A stretch of DNA of 64,000 nt from Mizuhopecten yessoensis (lineage: Eukaryota): contig NW_018403356.1 of NCBI RefSeq assembly GCF_002113885.1, positions 189,670-253,669 of the forward strand, written 5' to 3'. Shown one piece after another: positions 26,701-39,014 of the stretch. The notes under the pieces are model-generated. The model searched no databases and was not told the DNA's origin. It worked only from the letters and a program-made list of their open reading frames with translations. Numbering within the stretch: the stretch's first letter is position 1; each line of letters begins with the position of its first letter. Made by a program: the position numbers and the translations under genes.

Positions 26701-29700
26701 TTTATGGCGCTATTCATACAGTATTTAAAAATTCCAATAGTGAAAATATTTCGTTTATTTTTAATAGAATCCTGGCATGATAGACTGATTAGAACCTAAA
26801 TAATTCAACTTATAGGAGTGTCTCGCCGACTTGATAATTCATTGATAAAGGTTTTCGTGGTGTTATGCGTCGAATGCTTTCTGTTTGCAATGTATACATT
26901 GAAGAAATCGAAGATGTTGTTAAACTATTTAGACAGAGAAATCCGACCTTAATCAACATTACTGTTAATTGTTTAATGTTACGCTCCATCAAAGACAGTG
27001 ACAATATGTAATACCTGTGTTCCGAACTCCTGTCGAGACGCCGACCTTGACACTGGTCTGTACATCTGGGAATTGGCTCGCCTGAGAGGCGACTCCCGTC
27101 CCCTGCTGGGCGTCCTCGCCCCGTATCGGTCCATACCTGGTGTCAAAGCGCCATCTCTCGGCAGGTACTCCGCCTCGTAAGCATCAGACGGGTATCTATC
27201 AAAAAAGGAAATCAACATGTGATAAGCAAACAAACAGGGTGTTCTGCAACTTTGATTTACCATCACCAGAAGTTCAAATAATAACAGATTTATGAAACTA
27301 TATACTCTATAGAGATTTCTTCTGTTAGTGATGGCTATTTAACATCACCAGAAGTTCAAATAATAACAGATTTATGAAACTATATACTCTATAGAGATTT
27401 CTTCTGTTAGTGATGGCTATTTACCATCACCAGAAGTTCAAATACTAACCGATATATGAAAATATATACTCTATAGATATTTCTTCTGTTAGTGATGGCT
27501 ATTTACCATCACCAGAAGTTCAAATACTAACCGATATATGAAACTATATACTCTATAGTGATGGCTATTTTCTCATATGGAACAAACTGAACTCCATCAT
27601 AAAGGAAGAGACTAAAACAAGATAGAATATATGATAAGAATACTGATTAAATGGTTGTGACACTACAGCAATGGATGTCTAATAAACCAAGTCACACTAC
27701 ATGTTCCTGTTAGTTAGATATGGGGAATAGATGACACCTGATGATGTTATGATCAATGGATACTTATTTTTTTTCAGTGCAAATGCGCACGACATATGCT
27801 ATTCTGGTCAACTTAAATAGTATAAATGCACAATCAATTTACATGTTATCGTGTCTATAAGTGTGTAAACACAAATACCATAACAATATCCCATATGATA
27901 TCCCAAACACCTTCAATTAACAGCTTCATGCCATCATATATAACGGTCCATAACAATGCCGTCTGTACCTATTGCCAGCATGCTATATGACCTACCTTGG
28001 ACTCGGAACAAAGTACATAATAGGATTACTAGTATTCCTGGGGTGGTGCTGATTGTAGGACATCTTAGAGATGTTGAATGTCACGTGACACGGGTGTCGT
28101 GTGTGCTGTTCTACACTGTCGGAGTCCCTGTCATTGCCAGAATACTGCATGTTAGGTAGTATGTAACATTAGGCGCCACGCTCCGGTGACAATCACTTGT
28201 AACGTGATAGGCTGCATTCGAGTATTGCTCTATGGATGAGCTGCGGCGTACAATCGTTCCCTCCCCTTCCACAGATAGCTGACTGTCTGTTACTAAACAA
28301 TAAACTTGCCGAAAACAAACGTGGTGACGCTAATCATCGCCCGCATGTTTATATATTTATGAGGGGTCTCTGTTACATTACGGGTGGGTCGCTTCGGCAC
28401 GAGAGAATTACTATCACCTTAATCGATACAATTACGTATAACATCCCGGTCAAAGGGACATCAACGTAGGTCTGAATATCATTGTATTCCTCGCTATGTC
28501 AATAGGGTAAAGGCTGTAGGTAATGTTACATTTAGGCATGTTTCCTTGTTGCCTTGGAATTGTACCGTTTTATGACCATAAACATTTTCCTGTAATATTT
28601 TAAGAGTCACTATAAATTCATTAGTAGATACTTAAAAAGTAATGACATTTTTATGCCAAAGGTTATGAGGAACTAGATAAAGGCCTTTGTATACATTTAA
28701 ATTAATTTGATTATGTTTTTCCCTTCCAATGTGACTTAAGTACGAATCATAAGCATGAAATTGCTAGTTTAATGTAAAACAAACTTGTTTTACATTTCAT
28801 AAAGCGATATTTTAAGAGCAAAGGTGATTCTTGCTAACATCAATGGCTATAAACACCCTAACAGTAAAACATTGAAAGGAAACAGAAATTAAATTCATTA
28901 GAAAGCACCAAATCAAATCATAATGACAACAAAGTACTCGTACAACAAGTAGTACCTCAACTCAACATCAAAGGAACAGGACTCCGTCATAATGACAACA
29001 AGGTACTCCTACAACAAGTAGTACCTCAACTCAACATCACAGGAACACGACTCCGTCATAATGACAACAAGGTACTCGTACAACAAGTAGTCCCTCAACT
29101 CAACATCACAGGAACACGACTCCGTCATAATGACAACAGGGTACTCGTACAACAAGTAGTTCCTCAACTCAACATCACAGGAACAGGACTCCGTCATCAT
29201 GACAACAAGGAACTCGTACAACAAGTAGTACCTCAACTCAACATCACAGGAACAGGACTCCGTCATAATGACAAACACCAACATATAAACAACCAACAGA
29301 CATCCAATATATAACATGGACTTCAGTATACAGAGTCATGACAAACGCCAACATATAAACAACCTCATTCCCTCAGAACATTTAAGATATATACCCGACC
29401 TCAATATACATAACAAATACCAACATCAGTCATTATCAACATCTCTGAATATCAAACATACACCATGGGCCTCTATGTATCAAGATATGGCAACCACCAA
29501 CATGAGCCATTCTCAGCATCTCTGAATATCCAAGAATCGACATTGATATCAACATACTACTGCAGAACTGTACGCATTCCCAGCAGCAGCAGGTAGTCGG
29601 AACCAGTTCTCCAAACATATCTAGTATTTAAAAAAACCGAAAATGAACATTAACCTTAGTAAACACTAACTCAGCAATGGAATCGTTCAAAATCAATGTG

Positions 29701-32700
29701 CAACTACAGGAAATATAGTTATGTATCGACCCCTACTGAACAAGTTCATATCCCAGTCTGACCTGTGTGTTGTATGGCGAACCCAATCAGGAGTTTGTAT
29801 AAATATTTTCAACATTTAAATGTGACTGTTAACGAAAGGTATTCGGTTAAATACATAACGTATTTGTATAACCTGTCTGCAGACAAAACGGTCGATTATA
29901 TTTGAATCGTAATTAAAGTTGATAGATACATGTATATCAGTCATTCCGTGATTATGTGCATGGCATACATAAAACAACCGGTAATTGTCATATCAATCGG
30001 AAAACGATGGCAGCACGAGAGCAAATTACATGCAAAATGAAAACAATGCAAATACAACGACATTTCTTGGGTTTAAATATTTCATTCTCCTCCATTCAAC
30101 TTTGAATGGATCGAATTGCATCAATATTGTATGGGTTGACCTCTAGGCTGTTCCGCCTAATCCGTTCGGTTATGACAGGACGTGTACATTCATTGTTGTA
30201 TTCAAATACCCATGTTTGCTTACCGATAGAATTTCAAGGGCTTAAATAGTACCTAAGTGTTGAATGGTGTTTTTACATGGTAGTGATTTTACAAAAGATC
30301 TTAAAGTTGACGTCAGTGTGCATTTCTGCAAAGACTCAATGGCGCGAAAATACACTGCTTGCTTTCTGGCATTGGTAAAAGAATCATTAGAAAAGCCAAG
30401 ACAAGAAGCATATATTGAGTAAAAATAGTGATTATGCATGAAGCGAAACAAATTAAATTTACACTGTGCCATGTAACCCATCCTCGATCCTTCAGGGGTT
30501 ACGCTCACTTTCGCTCCCTGTACCTCTGGAATATGTCATAGCAAATTCGAAGGATTGGTGTGTACTACCTTGTGGATGAGACGAGCAGACTAGTTTATCT
30601 TTTGATGTACATTAAAGTAATATGTCGGCCACGTAACAATAAAATTGACTGGCTTTGAAGTCAGATGTCGCTTCTCTCAAATCATCAAAGGACAGGTAAC
30701 AGCCAGGCGATTGGCCAGGGATTTTTGTTTATCTGAGACCAATCAAATAGCTAGCCGTGTGCCTAAAATTTGCTATGATTTTATCCAGAAGTAAAGAGAG
30801 ATATCGTTCAGGTAACCACTGGAGTAGTACCGAGGATGCATGCAACCTTTCAGTCCATAAAGGACACGTACATCAGTAGTACTTTTAGACCAAGAGGATG
30901 ACACCCATGTCTTAATTGTTCCGATACACATGGAAAAGAACAGCAAAAGGGCAAAATTGCCTGTGTATCGCTTTACAAATAAATAGTTACAATCGATTGC
31001 TACAACAGGTAATTTTTTTCTGAAACTAGTATTTCATGTAACCAGCACAAACAATATTTGTATTACATCGTTCATTTATTTCACATCGTCATGATCGTAT
31101 AGACTACATATAAATGGTAGCTGTTTTAAAAAGAGTTAGCGTCATGTTAGCTTATTTTAATGTGTTATGTCTGTACATGTTACCACAGAAGCCTACAGTG
31201 AATTATGTTCATATTTTTACTTAAAAGCACAGAAAAATAATTATGAACACAAACAAAATCTTGAGATACATATTACCTATATCGTAATGAGTTTTAAACG
31301 CTGTTAGGGTTTCTCATTGCTCATGTTAGATGATGTTATCGGGGTAAACACCGACCATTGATCTACCTCTTATTCATGTGGTTATTCATGTATTGCTCTT
31401 ACCATTAAGTCATTAAGTGTAAACTTAAAATTTCATTACTTGTTACAACTGGACCCACTTCGTCAAGGTATTGTAGCTTAACAAGCGATATAATGCATTT
31501 TTAAGACGTGATTTCAGAGAAAAATATCCTGAAAGGTTTTGTGTGCGTTTTGAAACAATCATCTTAAATCCCTGTACGTGCAAGTTGAAATATGAAATTT
31601 CATTGGAGTTTTTTAAACGATGGAGTAGAAAAACATTGTTCGTTAGATCATTATATAGCTTATCAGGCGTCGAACGAATGGGACCAGAAAGCCCTGGCAA
31701 CGTGACAGTAAACATCAACAAGACAACTTAGGGTCAATAAACATGAGTATCAATTATTGACAGTGTATTGATCATTGATATCAACAATAAACAATCAAGT
31801 ATTGCTAGTTTCTGTTTCCATTTTGTCCGCGGGAACGGAGGAGGCGCCAAAACATAGAAAAAGAAATATGAGCGCCTCCAAAAATAAGGTGAAACCTTGA
31901 GATCCGGAAGGATAAGTGTAACATACCCATCTTATATCAAAATATTACCAAAAAAGATATTCCTATATCTGGACAGTATCAGTATAAGGTTTGAATTTAC
32001 CGTAGTGTAAGGAGATCATAGTACCTAAGTATGATGGCAATAGGCCACACTGTCGATGAAATAAATTCTGCAAAAAGTAACTCACGTCGTCTGTATCAAA
32101 ACCACGTTTCTACGGTAACACGAGTGTATGTGGCTGTATAGCAATATCTGTATATATTGGATTGAACCCAAGGTAAGTCAATTACATTGCCATTGCCCTT
32201 AGTATCACAGAACAGCCCCCTAGATACCGACCTATACAGCAGTGCTAGTTAGACTAAGCATCACGGTTTGGATATAAAAACAATGTACTATAATAATGTA
32301 ATGCGATACACAGTTGATATCGATAGGTATATATGGTTTATAATGGTTCTACATTAGTCATATTTATACTGATAGATCTATATAACATACCGATTCTCAA
32401 ATTCAATATATATCAAAATGTCATGTTACTCCATCTACCATCCTTCAAAATATATAGATATATAACACAAAAACACATACATTTTGTATTATGTAATGTC
32501 CATGTGTGTTACACATAAATTTGTAACTAGATCATGTATAAGTAGTTTGGACATCACTGTCATACTTAAAACAATACATTTTGGCATACCATAAAAGCCT
32601 TATATAACTATATGATATATTATATAATAATATATACATGTAGATATGAAACAAGATATAAAAGCAATGTATATACTATATGCAGTACATTTCTTGACCT

Positions 32701-35700
32701 TGCATGAGTATCGTGTATCTTAAATTGTATTAAATATGGATAACAAATAGAGGTATATAGACGTGTTATCTTATTAATACATATTCAATGTTGTGTAGTA
32801 TAGTTTTGTCCTTACATTTTATCACATTGTGAAAGCATTTTTGGCCGTTTGTGGACACTTTCACGTGTTATTTTAGCATAAAACATCAATACAATTATAT
32901 CCCCATACTCTATGGTTATGTCATGCGCCAGAGATACACTACAGCTGTGGCAGAGATGCCTAACAACCAACTGATGAACAGGCTTTTAAATACACATCCC
33001 TCCCGCAAGGTATCTTACCTGTCACATATATTGTACAGTAAACGCTTGATATATTGTTATCATTTGCCAAGAGAATTTTCGTTTAGTTAGAAAGAGTTTG
33101 GCGATACAGGGTAATGTAATTGAAAAAAAGAGGACTTTAAACTATTGTGCTTGAAAATATTCGGTAGCTGGGGCGATCCATTAAATAAGGGATATCATTT
33201 ACTCATTTTACCCCTTCAGTCAAGCATCTACTACAAGCATCGCTACAGTCTTTATTAAAGATGTTCGCAGCTAAAATTAATGTATTTATATCTTCTGTCA
33301 AACAGTTGACTGCTAACAGTCATTAAAATATGAACTACACAAGGAAAGTGTACGTCCTTTACCATGTTTAAATTGCTAAATTACATTTTCTAAAGAAAAT
33401 ATATAAAATGATTAATCTATATATTCAATCAAATTAGTGTTCTACAAGTGTTAGATAAATTTTGTTGCAAGTAAAAAAAAAAGAGACAATATATATTATT
33501 GATTTGAAATATACAGCAGTTGGGTGATTTCCAAAAGGGTAGATCAAAGCAGGTGTTTTATTGCAGTGATAGTAAGTCTCCACCTCCTGGTTATAACCAT
33601 ATTTACATAGCAATTAGAAAATGTGTCTAGACTTAACAATAAACATACCTTAAGTCTTCTTCCAGTTTGAAGGTTACTCTCGGCACACTATAATATCTGA
33701 AGTGTTTAATAAAACTTGCACAATATGGTCCTAACAAAAATCGTTAATACAATAAATCAACAGCCATATTTCATATGTAGCCTATGTATTAAGTAACAAT
33801 ATATCAGTCTAAGTGCCTTCGCAATTATAACCAGTAGTAGACTGGGTGTTATCGTAGTCGACCTAACGGACTGATGTATATAAAAACTAACTATAGATAG
33901 GTTAAACTCGGAACATTCCTAATGAAACAGGAGCCTGTTGTATGACCTATGTCAAAGTCTTTTCTGTTCATTTTTCGATATTGGAATATTGTTAGTACTA
34001 TGTCTGGTAGCGACTAGGAAACCTGATCTGTCTTGGTGTAACACGTTTTAACAATATATATATATACCAATGGATAGGTAACTTGTAAGTATGCATGTAT
34101 TATAACATTGAATAGTCTTTACATAATATAACACATTATCCTCTTCACGTGGTAACAGAATAAAAATGAGTACCATAATATAAACCTTAATCCCATCCGC
34201 GTGGTAACTTTTAAAATAGAAGTAACATCATCACCATATACCCCATCCACGTAGTAACTTGTACAAGAGAATTAATATTGTATAACCCTTTACCCCCTCC
34301 GCGTGGTAACTTGTACAAGAGAAGTAACATTGTATAACCCTTCACCCCTCCACGTGATAAAATGTACAAGAGAATTAACATCATATAACCCTTAACCCCT
34401 CCACATGGTAACTTGAACAAGAGAATTAACATCATATAACCCTTTACCCCCTCCACGTGGTAACTTGTACAAGAGAATTAACATCATATAACCCTTTACC
34501 CCTCCACGTGGTAACTTGTACAAGAGAAGTAACATTGTATAACCCTTTACCCCCTCCACGTGGCAACTTGTACAAGAGAATTAACATCATATAACCCTTT
34601 ACCCCTCCACGTGGTAACTTGTACAAGAGAAGTAACATTGTATAACCCTTTTCCCCCTCCACGTGGCAACTTGTACAAGAGAATTAACATTATATAACCC
34701 TTTACCCCTCCACGTGGCAACTTGTACAAGAGAATTAACATTATATAATCCTTTACCCCTCCACGTGGTACAATGTACAAGAGAAGCAACATTATATAAC
34801 CCTTTACCCCTCCACGTGGTAAAATGTACAGGAGTAACATTATCTAGTGTTTTTTATCAACTCTACGTAGTATAATTTACAATAGGATTTTTGTCATATA
34901 CCGTTATAGCCCTTTACCACCTCCAAGTGATAAATATGCTACAGGAGGGGTATTACTCGTTACATATAGGCCTTTACTACCTCGTCCGAAACGGGTACCG
35001 CTGTGTGGTATAAAACTTTTTCAATTTTAAAAATGCATTCTTACTATTATAAGACTAAAGATAATATTTGTTTATAAAGGTTATTCAAATAATTGTTGAT
35101 TGCAATGAATTTAGAATCTTTTAACAAAACCTCGAAAATAAATCAGCCAGATTTGTATAGGGATTTTATAAATAATCAAGTCATTCAGTTTAGATAGGTG
35201 AAGCATTTGTCACAGGTGGTACAGCCAGCAATAAACTGTTACAAAGTTGCAATGATCATCTCATCAAAACTGAAAAACTTAAATAAGCGTCCTATTAATT
35301 ACAGAATGCTAAGGAAAAGACCAAGGGAAGATTTACAAAGAGACTCTTAAAAAAGTACAAGAATAAGACTAGGTATTGCGAAAGAGTACATGGCGCATAA
35401 ACGGTAAGAGTAGGTAATTTGCATATGCTGCACATACACTATCAAAGTGGATAAAATATGACACCCAGTACATCACACTCACACCATACAGGGTGGCCAT
35501 ACCCTCATAAGGGTGGCCATACCCTCTGACAGGGTGACTATGCCCTCATACAGGGTGGCCATACCCTCATACAGGGTGGCCATACCCTCAGACAGTGTGA
35601 CAATACCCTCATACAGGGTGCCCATACCCTCAGACAGGGTGACTATACCCTCATACAGGGTGCCCATACCCTCATACAGGGTGGCCATACACTCATACAA

Positions 35701-38700
35701 AGTGACTTTACACTGTAGATAAAGCTTAACACTGTCGCATGATATTAACATGTGTTAAATAACAGCTAAACATATGTGTTAAAGACCAAACACTAATACA
35801 GCTCATGTTTACACAAGATTAAGCAGGGAAAGCAATAATATATACAATATATGAAACTTTAAATAACCCCGGGTGATCGAAGAGCTGTCTCTGGGTGAAA
35901 AGACGTAAAGTAATGTATTATGTATGCATGAAGTAAATAAACTGACAATGGCTGTCAGAACATAATGGTGAGCCATTCCGTGATTATACCTATCGTAACA
36001 GTTATCTAGTACGTGGTTGTTAACGTGTTACCTATTAGCACGTCGTATCAAGTTTCTATGTCTACATGTAGATGTACTTTTATCAATGAACGTATATAGA
36101 AAACCGAAAATGTTACATATCAAATAGTTCCGCAGAAAGGACATGTTGTACGCTATATATAGGACAACTTTCTCAACTAGGGCTTTCTTCAACACTACTG
36201 TCGTAAAGCATTGTAAACTTACAGCAGTTACTATTATTATTATATAATATAATACCAATACAAAACATATCGAAAAGGAATGTCATTTAATACCGATTCA
36301 AATAATATCCCAAAATAATGTCATGTTGTAACAATATAAATAGCATCGTAATCACAAGATAATGATATCTTATATGAATACAAAACATATCACAAGACAA
36401 TGCTCTCTAATACCAATAAATATGACATTATAGGAGAATGTCTTAGATATCAGAGGTTTACTGAATAACTATACTTAATAACGTAAGTTATGTACAAGGT
36501 ATATATGTTTTTTCATGGATTGTATAGATAAATATCACGTTCAATTGAAATACATATCAAGGTAAACTTTCATTAATATACCAGATAATCTTAATAAAGA
36601 AACGATGAAAGGCAAACCTTTATAGCTGTGTACCTTGGAAGGAGCGCGTGTAGTATACCCCTATAAATCACAATAAAGTGTGTTTAATATAGGACAGTAG
36701 TACCGACTTACACATCATAGCCCCCGCTGTGTCCTGGTCCATACACAGTATAGTCCTCCAACCGGGACCCAGACCTAGAACCCGGCATAGTCACTCCTGT
36801 CAGTTATCTCCGTCAAATGACGGTGTTATTCGAACGATATCTGTTTGTATTGATAGGAATCAATATGAACACTCAAATAAATAAATGTTATACTTGTTTC
36901 TCCGCACTAGTGACAGTCACCATGGAAACAGCAAGTACTCTCCCTTTATCTTGACTTGTGTGTCATGAGTAGTAGTCAGGTAGGTAGTGGAAAACTTAAA
37001 ATTGACAACCGCTATACAAATTCCCAATCGAGCGATTATAAACGTCTCAATACAAGTTGTGAAGAGTGTAAACAGATCAGCCCATTTAGCGCGGAAAGGG
37101 TAGGTAAGGAATTTGAAATGGAAAGTATTTGATTTAACTGGGGATTATCCGTCCCAGACTTGGGTAGCTCTTTTCAATATCCATATGTCAATGTAAGGTC
37201 ATTACCGGTAATGAATAAAAAGGAGCAATTTAAAGACTAAAGTGATAGTTTACGATCGAAATCTACCTATAGAAACAGTAATAGAACGCTGCCTACTCGG
37301 ATATCTCTCTTAGGTGTATATAGGCCAATCTTTATCAACTTAAATTGCATTCGACTTTTCGTCATTGTAGACTAAACACTGTGTAGAGTTTAGTTTTCAT
37401 GTGTATTTAGAATAAGAGTGGCGCAAAACATTCGTTCTTTTCATTAAGAGTTTAATCTATTAAATTGGCTGTGGTCCTTTACCAAATATACCAGACGCAA
37501 GTTCTTATGGAATTAAACGGTGCTGAGAAGTTGCTCGTCTGGGGAGTGTTGGGATTTAGTAGGTGGAGGTGTTAGAGATCCCGTCTATGTGTATAGCCCC
37601 TATGGACTTTAATTGATTTTAAGATATATAGACTTCTTGAGACAACGCTGGCCAGTTATTTGTATACCTGTCTACTGTCAGGGGTAATTGATTGTACATA
37701 CCAATAATTACCTGTTCGCCAAACCAAATCCCATTATCTACGGCATGGCGACGGGTAAAAATCCCGCTTCTGTTTATCTATCTCTTATACATTGTGTTAA
37801 TATATTTATAGTGTGAATTGATTTCTCTACATAATACTAGTATACTGTCTGAATGAATCCACAATACTATAACAACGTTAATGAACAAAAAGTGGTTTAA
37901 TATAGATATACAAATCAATTCTTTTATAGGTTTAGAATGGAAAGTTATATAACTTCGATAAACCAGAAAATGTTATTGGTTTCAGAGATTAAACTTAGAT
38001 ACCACTAAGAAATATACGATAGTGACATCCGTACGCGTAATGCCAGGCGTTTCTTACACAGCTGCTGTCCGACTCTCAGTTATACACACCAACTTATTAT
38101 CTAAAAACAATAAATATTCCCGTTATATAAGCTGTCTTTCCTTTTCTTCGAGTCCAAAACAACCAAAAGGTAATGATTGATAATTAAGCGTGAATGTTTG
38201 GACTACAGCTACAGGTGTTTAAGAACATTACCAGATAGTGACAAATAGATACATAATGTAGAACTGTGGCCTGTATGGACGAAATAAAGCATTGCTGTAC
38301 GGAAGCATCGGGTAACGTGGTTCCCGAGTATATCAAACACACACAGTATTAGGATAGCACGTCACTCTATTTGGCTCAATACAAAAATAATGTTTATTGT
38401 AGACAACATTACAATCTTATGAAGTAGGTGATTCAACGTTCAGTTAAAAGACAATTGATGATAAAACATAACAGTTTGATTCATCTGTGGAATTTATCAT
38501 CATGATTTGGAAAAAGTGATATGATCTAGGATAACCATAGAACAGTTCCTGCATGAAAATTAAATAAAATGAATGCATAGTGAATGGTCGTAGTAATATT
38601 TTGATAAATAAGTAAATGCATATTTCCGTATCAGATTTCTGAAATCCTTTCTTACTCTCGTAATGTGAAGTACCATAAATAATTACAATACGCATGTGCA

Positions 38701-39014
38701 AGTAAGATCAAAGTAAAACAAACATTAGGATAGGGTATTATAGTGACAATAAGACCTATAGCCATATACAAAACGGCATTTGATCTATGGAAGTTTGTTG
38801 AAAACTCAGATATTTTCTGTTCATGAGTAAAATGTTTGCTCCATTGTCGAATTAGACATTCATCAATTGGTGTTGTTTGGCTGTATAAAAACTTGTTTTT
38901 CCAATTATTTTTTGGGAAAAGTACAATAACTAGATTTTGGCCGTCGTTTCCTCGTATGCCATTAGAACTAAATGCTACTAACCTGTGACTGAATATGGGT
39001 GGTAGGGTGGTCAT
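11649..39014 (-). CDS. Uncharacterised multi-promoter, alternatively spliced gene for a small Pro/Arg/Gly/Tyr-rich protein (overall coding span)
   Basis: Chain of GC-richer islands with GT-AG boundaries and compatible phases: first exons 38983-39014, 36712-36788, 27996-28150; common exon 27015-27195; cassette 23573-23623; 21513-21694 or 19085-19268; terminal 16193-16278, 14702-14751, 11649-11733. Minus-strand AATAAA at 10527-10532. Confidence 0.8.
12446..12835 (-). mobile_element. HINE-like fragment with two ~160-bp tandem units
   Basis: Near-identical ttagtttctctgaaag...catctccatcaaca units at ~12446 and ~12609, a third start at 12767, then terminal-like aagcggggcataggcgagacatactt. Confidence 0.55.
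14702..14751 (-). CDS. Candidate alternative terminal/internal exon (phase-1 entry: ASRFRLKARQVGLGY*)
   Basis: tttggtttgtttcag| acceptor followed by a GC-richer island; internal cag|gtgggg is a possible donor. Confidence 0.4.
15598..15868. repeat. 27-bp minisatellite, ~10 copies (taccttcagtaacattcagtatcatta)
   Basis: Direct periodicity. Confidence 0.95.
16193..16278 (-). CDS. Terminal exon tY (phase-1 entry: GLRKSFGASGRWLGVPGEALIPAPTWV*)
   Basis: aactttcag| acceptor; only the phase-1 frame is long and it matches the phase-1 donor at 19085. Confidence 0.65.
17060..17995. repeat. Degenerate 40-bp minisatellite with a 125-bp higher-order trimer
   Basis: catcaatatcgtgacctagatcttctgtaatacacacaga units; 17180/17305/17430 repeat at 125 bp. 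Confidence 0.85.
18127..18243 (-). CDS. Possible further alternative exon (phase 0: PRLEPRYFYHFMPYSIRTRVLSNTP...*)
   Basis: Long pyrimidine tract ending ctctcattacag|; phase-0 frame open for 38 codons. Confidence 0.3.
   Translation of the reverse strand, partial: PRLEPRYFYHFMPYSIRTRVLSNTPCIHFQSYYVFTCR
19085..19268 (-). CDS. Middle exon Y, 184 nt, phase 0 to 1 (VDNVMTDP...FKYWYQEQKPID)
   Basis: tcaaacag|GTG GAT ... ATA GAC C|gtaagt; matches ORF 19071..19268. Confidence 0.75.
19970..21035. repeat. 28-bp minisatellite, ~35 copies, decaying at both edges (gagggagcaacgaatgacaaatgtctat)
   Basis: Periodicity 20222/20250. Confidence 0.97.
21513..21694 (-). CDS. Middle exon X, 182 nt, phase 0 to 2 (PDPQQDYRNKAY...RLWKSRVPSTN)
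   Basis: gttttgttctcactag|CCT GAC ... AAC AT|gtacgt; open frame across a GC-rich island. Confidence 0.75.
22011..22354. repeat. 30-bp near-perfect minisatellite, ~11.5 copies (acagaaacgtatgaaatcattgaaatgtat)
   Basis: Identical 60-nt lines 22021-22290. Confidence 0.98.
23573..23623 (-). CDS. 51-nt symmetric cassette exon (ARYGLLMGGVRSRQARR)
   Basis: ggtatacag|GCG CGC ... CGT CGG|gtaatc; phase 0-0. Confidence 0.5.
23660..23908. mobile_element. MITE with ~55-bp TIRs
   Basis: cccgtattcatgaaaccgttctcatgctcaa / ttgagcatgagaacggtttcatgaatgcggg. Confidence 0.85.
27015..27195 (-). CDS. Common exon, 181 nt, phase 2 to 0 (YPSDAYEAEYLPRDG...SRQEFGTQ)
   Basis: tttccttttttgatag|A TAC ... ACA CAG|gtatta; core of ORF 26979..27266; strongly GC-rich relative to flanks. 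Confidence 0.85.
27256..27570. repeat. 82-bp tandem repeat, ~3.7 copies, each unit bounded by an inverted ccatcac/gtgatgg
   Basis: Units start at 27261, 27343, 27425, 27507. Confidence 0.93.
27996..28150 (-). CDS. Proximal alternative first exon (MQYSGNDRD...PIMYFVPSP), ends phase 2
   Basis: Open from ATG 28150 (further in-frame Mets) to CCA AG|gtaggt. Confidence 0.65.
28918..29275. repeat. 69-bp minisatellite, ~5 copies
   Basis: tcataatgacaacaaggtactcgtacaacaagtag... at 28918, 28987 etc. Confidence 0.95.
32106..32119. promoter_or_regulatory. RFX X-box-like GTTTCTACGGTAAC
   Basis: Palindromic X-box-type motif 20 bp from a - strand gtgagt donor at 32085; possible further non-coding first exon. 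Confidence 0.4.
34130..34842. repeat. 51-52-bp minisatellite, ~14 copies, carrying CACGTG
   Basis: ccacgtgg at 34453, 34504, 34556, 34607, 34659, 34710, 34761, 34812. Confidence 0.95.
35485..35700. repeat. 21-bp minisatellite, ~10 copies (catacagggtggccataccct)
   Basis: Direct periodicity; each unit has an internal agggt/accct inverted pair. Confidence 0.9.
36634..36660 (-). CDS. Candidate 27-nt microexon (GILHALLP), phase 2-2
   Basis: gatttatag|GGGTATACTACACGCGCTCCTTCCAAG|gtacac. Confidence 0.4.
36712..36788 (-). CDS. Middle alternative first exon (MPGSRSGSRLEDYTVYGPGHSGGYD), ends phase 2
   Basis: ATG 36788 open to GAT GT|gtaagt; X-box ~130 bp upstream. Confidence 0.7.
36916..36929. promoter_or_regulatory. 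RFX X-box GTCACCATGGAAAC
   Basis: Matches the 14-bp X-box consensus GTNRCCATGGNAAC; 128 bp upstream of the ATG at 36788. Confidence 0.65.
38983..39014 (-). CDS. Distal alternative first exon (MTTLPPIFSH), ends phase 2
   Basis: acaATG ACC ... CAC AG|gttagt, preceded by a GC-rich leader. Confidence 0.55.

Noticed and set aside
30460-30530. Possible further exon of the unknown gene (VTPEGSRMGYMAQ)
   Set aside because: An acceptor is present, but the better donor gives phase 1, which is incompatible with the common exon; the phase-2 donor (gtgtaa) is weak. Left unresolved.
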